Under the pieces are notes generated by a model, which made no database searches, was not told the DNA's origin, and saw only the letters and a list, made by a program, of their open reading frames with translations. The translations under genes and the position numbers were made by a program. A stretch of DNA of 64,000 nt, taken from Centroscyllium fabricii (taxonomy: Eukaryota). This document shows, piece after piece, positions 60,373 through 64,000 of this stretch (its first letter is position 1; each line of letters begins with the position of its first letter). Location of the stretch: positions 159,340,001 through 159,404,000 of the forward strand of contig JBNRSN020000003.1 of NCBI GenBank assembly GCA_051313645.2. Direction: 5' to 3'.

Positions 60373-62069
60373 TGACCCTGAACCTCACAAAAAGGGATTG
60401 AACCCGGTGCTCAGACACTCCCAGCTGCCTGGAGGAGCAGGAATCCCATCGCCTCTCAAAGGGTTCCAACCCGAAACATCGACTCCACACCTCTCTTCCC
60501 CCGATGCTGCCCTGCCCTGCCCACCGAGACCCCCCCCGATGCTGCACGGCCCGCCGAGGCCCCCCCCCCCCCCCGATGCTGCCCGGCCCGCGGAGCTGCC
60601 GCCCCCCCCCCCAAAGGTTCCCCTCTGCTGCGGACACAGTTCGAAGTGAGTTGGGAAACGCCGCCTCACTTCACTGCTGGTTCGAGCTGCTGCGAGACGC
60701 TGAGGTGTTGCGGCGCCGAGCGGTGGCCGGCCGGAGTGAGCCATGATTGGCCGAGCACGGGCAGGGGGCGGGCGCAGCGTGAGAAAACTGCCGGGCTATG
60801 ATTGGCCGAGCTCCGGCGGGGCAGACCCATCGGCCGAGGCGCGTCCGGCCCCCCCCACCAATAAGCACCCGCCGCCAGGGCGGGATCCACCCACCAGTTC
60901 CCATGGCCTTGATCACTTGCCCGGTTGGGCAAGTAAGATTTCGATTTACTTGTCCAGCCAGCGCATTTTACTTGCCCCGGGCAAGTGGTTTTGTCGTGCC
61001 CTGCTTTAATTAGTGTGGAGGGTAAACAGAATGTCAATCTCTCCACTCCAGTCCGATCCTCCTGCCTGTTGCTCCACCCTTTCCCCACAAAAAAATTAGA
61101 ACCCCAATTAGTTAAATTTTACAACTTCTAGACTACAGAGCACTACTGTATATTTTCATCTTTGAAGCTAAAATAAAACACTTTCAGAAAGCCTCACTAG
61201 ATGCACTGGGAGCTTACAATGGTTAAAAGACAGTGATCTCATCAAGGGCTTCAAATGACAGCAAACAGTGTGCTTTGTAATCATCACCATGCTTTAAAAT
61301 ATATTATATTGTGGCTTTTATTGAACTAGAAACATGCATAACAGTAGGCACCAGAGGCCAATATGCTGAAAGCTATACCAAAGGATTAAGAAAAGACTTA
61401 CATTTATATAGAGCCTTTCACGACCACTGGATGTGTTCATCTCATTTTATTTTTTTTAATTATATTTCACAGCTGTTCAAATAATGGCATCAAATAGTAA
61501 GTACACAAAAGTACATTTTTAGAAATTAAAAGATGGCTCACTACTATATCATGGGTGTTATTTACCAAATGAACTTTACAGCCAAGAAGGGAGGCATTAA
61601 AGGGCATTACATCCTGCCCAAGGGTCTCCTGGTTTTTAATGGGGAAAAGAATGACAATGACTAGTACCCCTGAACCCAATTTGTAACAAACAGAAAGATT
61701 TGCATTTATAAAGCACCTTTCACAACCCAGGATGTCTCAAAGTGCTTTACAGCCAATCATGTACTTTTGACATGTAGTCACTGTTGTAATGTAGGAACTG
61801 TTGTAATCCAAGACCCTTACAGAAAGTGCACGTCAATGTCATACTCATATTTGATGCCAAAGCTCCTCTCTCGCATGGTCAAATAGCCCACCAACACATA
61901 CTGAGCGGGCTCAGGCTAGGGCTAGAGAAATTGTACCTCCACAAGCATCAAGAAGGGTCCCAGTATCAGTCAAAATTTATAAGAGGTAGATTGAGGGAGA
62001 AAAAAATTGAAAAGTTACAGAATGAATCAAATTTAAGATAATTAGCAAAAGAACCAGATGCGACATGAA

Positions 62070-62300
62070 GGGAAAGAAATTTATGTAGCGAGTTATGATG
62101 AGCTGGAATGCACTGCCAGATAGGGTGCTGGAGCAAATTCAATACTAACTTTCAAAAAGGAATTGGATATGTACTTGAAAAGGAAAAATGTGCAGGTCTA
62201 TGGAGAAAGAGCAGGGGAATGGGACTAATTGGATACCTTTTTCAAAGTGCCAGCTCAGGCACATTGGGCCAAATGGCATCCTACTGTGCTGTATCATTCT
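62070..62300 (+). mobile_element. Old CR1 3' fragment
   Basis: TGGAATGCACTGCC...TTCAAAAAGGAATTGGAT...GGGCCAAATGGC pattern. Confidence 0.6.
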
Positions 62301-64000
62301 ATTATATTTTACTACATTCACTGATGATTCTTACAATCACACCATCCTGAATACAAACTCTAGAATATAATCCTATTATGCAAAAAATTCTAATGTTCAA
62401 CACAAATAGTAATAGAACTGTTACCATGTCTATTTCTATCAGAAAACACACTGGAATAGTCGATTAAAGCATTCAGCACAGCTGAGTGCTTTAAATCAGC
62501 GCAAAGCCCCTATTCGACTATCGAAAAGGCTGCAACATTCATTACAACCATTAGTAGACAGAACACAGTAGTGCAAAGGGCCATTAAAAATCTCTAGATC
62601 GTATTCCTTTCGATTCAATAGGCTAATTTTATGGATTGAGTTTTTAAACACCTAATGTCCACTCTTTTAACCAACTGGTTTGTTTGATTCATATTAAAAA
62701 TAAATATATATAGAAATGCTACTATATTGCTCATTTAGAATTATATGTATATGGTCAACCTCAAAGTACCATTTCATTACTTGTCTATATTCTCTAAAGC
62801 ACAGTTTTAAAGTGACAATTGGACCAAATTATAAACTATCAAAAAAAAAAATCATCCAATTCTGTATAGGATGGATGAGAAATAAAACAGAACCCACAAT
62901 ACTTGATGCACATCAATAAATTCCTTACTGACTAAGAATATATTCCATTAAAAAGATACTCACTTAAAATGTATTCTGAAGCCTTGAATTCGCTTATTTA
63001 CACATTAACTTCATCTTCTATCTAGCAAATAGTCTATTCTTATTGCCACATATGGCCTTTTATCTGCTCTGGACAGCATATTCTCGAATAGATGAAGTAG
63101 ACGCCAATTGATTTGCTGTCGACCATGGTAAATTAATAGCAACAAATTGCTGAGGGCCCCTGTCTTGCTGCTCCACCATGCTTCAGCAGTTTTGCTTTAT
63201 TTGCTTCATGATGGGCAGCAGTCAAGCCTCTTCAAGTCAATTTCTTCTTAACAACCTGCAATACTTCTCAGTAGTGAAAATAGAGCCGTCGCTTGTAAGC
63301 CAGAAATCAATACTCCTATTGCCCTTAGAAAATGCTAAACAAGCAGTATTGACAATCCACTTGGTACTGGAGGGTATCGGATATAATGCAAATCTATACT
63401 ACTCTCCTCCTCGTAGTCACTGTACTTCACTAAAAGGTTTCTAATGCTATTTATCATCATTTCCGATCGACTGCTGCAGTTATGATTTTGAGATTCAATC
63501 ACTGGGCCAAGCCCTTAAATTTGTATTTAATTGTTTTGAACAACAATCACATTTTTATAGCACATTTCTCACACTGGTGCTTTACTCTGCCTAAAGGCCT
63601 TACAACAGGAAGCTTCCGATTAATATCAAGTGAAACAATAAAATGCTACAAAGGAAACAAGCTGGCTGGCATTCATACAATGAGTCTCCTCGATGTCCCG
63701 AGCTTACTGCCCATTTTTAGTAGTCCACACATATAGTCCCTTCCAACAATTGAACAGTTTATCAAGTAATCATATTCAAAATACCTTGAGCAATCTTTTA
63801 TCCTACGGAATGAAAATCATTATCCATAAACATGAAGCAGACGACTAAATCAGCACCAACAGTTGCTAGCGATGCAAATTTCCAGCATAAATCAGTTGTT
63901 AGATACATTAAGAGTAATTGCACGGTTGAAATCTAATATTGGGGCTCAGGTAACTGTTGCAAACCACTTAATCAGCACTCTTGCTACTTATGATGTCATC

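Larger units (their letters stand above)
48508..61003. mobile_element. Putative non-autonomous hAT-like DNA transposon hosting the large LTR element
   Basis: Imperfect TIRs CAAGGTGCTACAAA / TTTGTCGTGCCCTG (10/14), subterminal CACTTGCCC/GGGCAAGT repeats at both ends, flanking CTTTAA duplication. Confidence 0.55.

Noticed and set aside
62958-63470. Possible exon or C/D snoRNA on the minus strand (GTGAGT donor, ATGATGA box)
   Set aside because: No sustained ORF and no D box at a suitable distance

Overview
Eukaryotic (vertebrate) genomic DNA, most likely from an elasmobranch (shark/ray), judged from HE1/V-SINE, Deu-domain SINE, LF-SINE-like and CR1 content. No host protein-coding gene is recognisable; the window is a heavily nested retroelement landscape. 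Main contents: (1) a CsRn1-type Gypsy element (1479-5924, ATAC TSD) inserted in a CR1 LINE; (2) a second Gypsy element (8543-14788, GTCAT TSD) with no tRNA PBS but a 14-nt stretch complementary to its own LTR, itself hit by a Rex1-type LINE and a Tc1/mariner-type MITE; (3) several CR1, L2 and Rex1 LINE copies, SINEs and MITEs, nested up to three levels; (4) three fold-back Penelope-like 3' ends, two carrying minimal hammerhead ribozyme motifs; (5) the stand-out feature: a very young, almost intact 11-kb LTR element on the minus strand (48887-59932, CATG TSD) with 1.8-kb LTRs, an 18-nt tRNA-Arg(UCG) PBS overlapping the gag ATG, a coiled-coil plus CCHC Gag, a UGA-CUA readthrough-type gag/pol junction, retrovirus-style dual RNase H, integrase with a long repeat-rich tail and no env. 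This looks like an env-less lokiretrovirus/Odin-like element. Family assignments come from motif recognition only; no database search was run.
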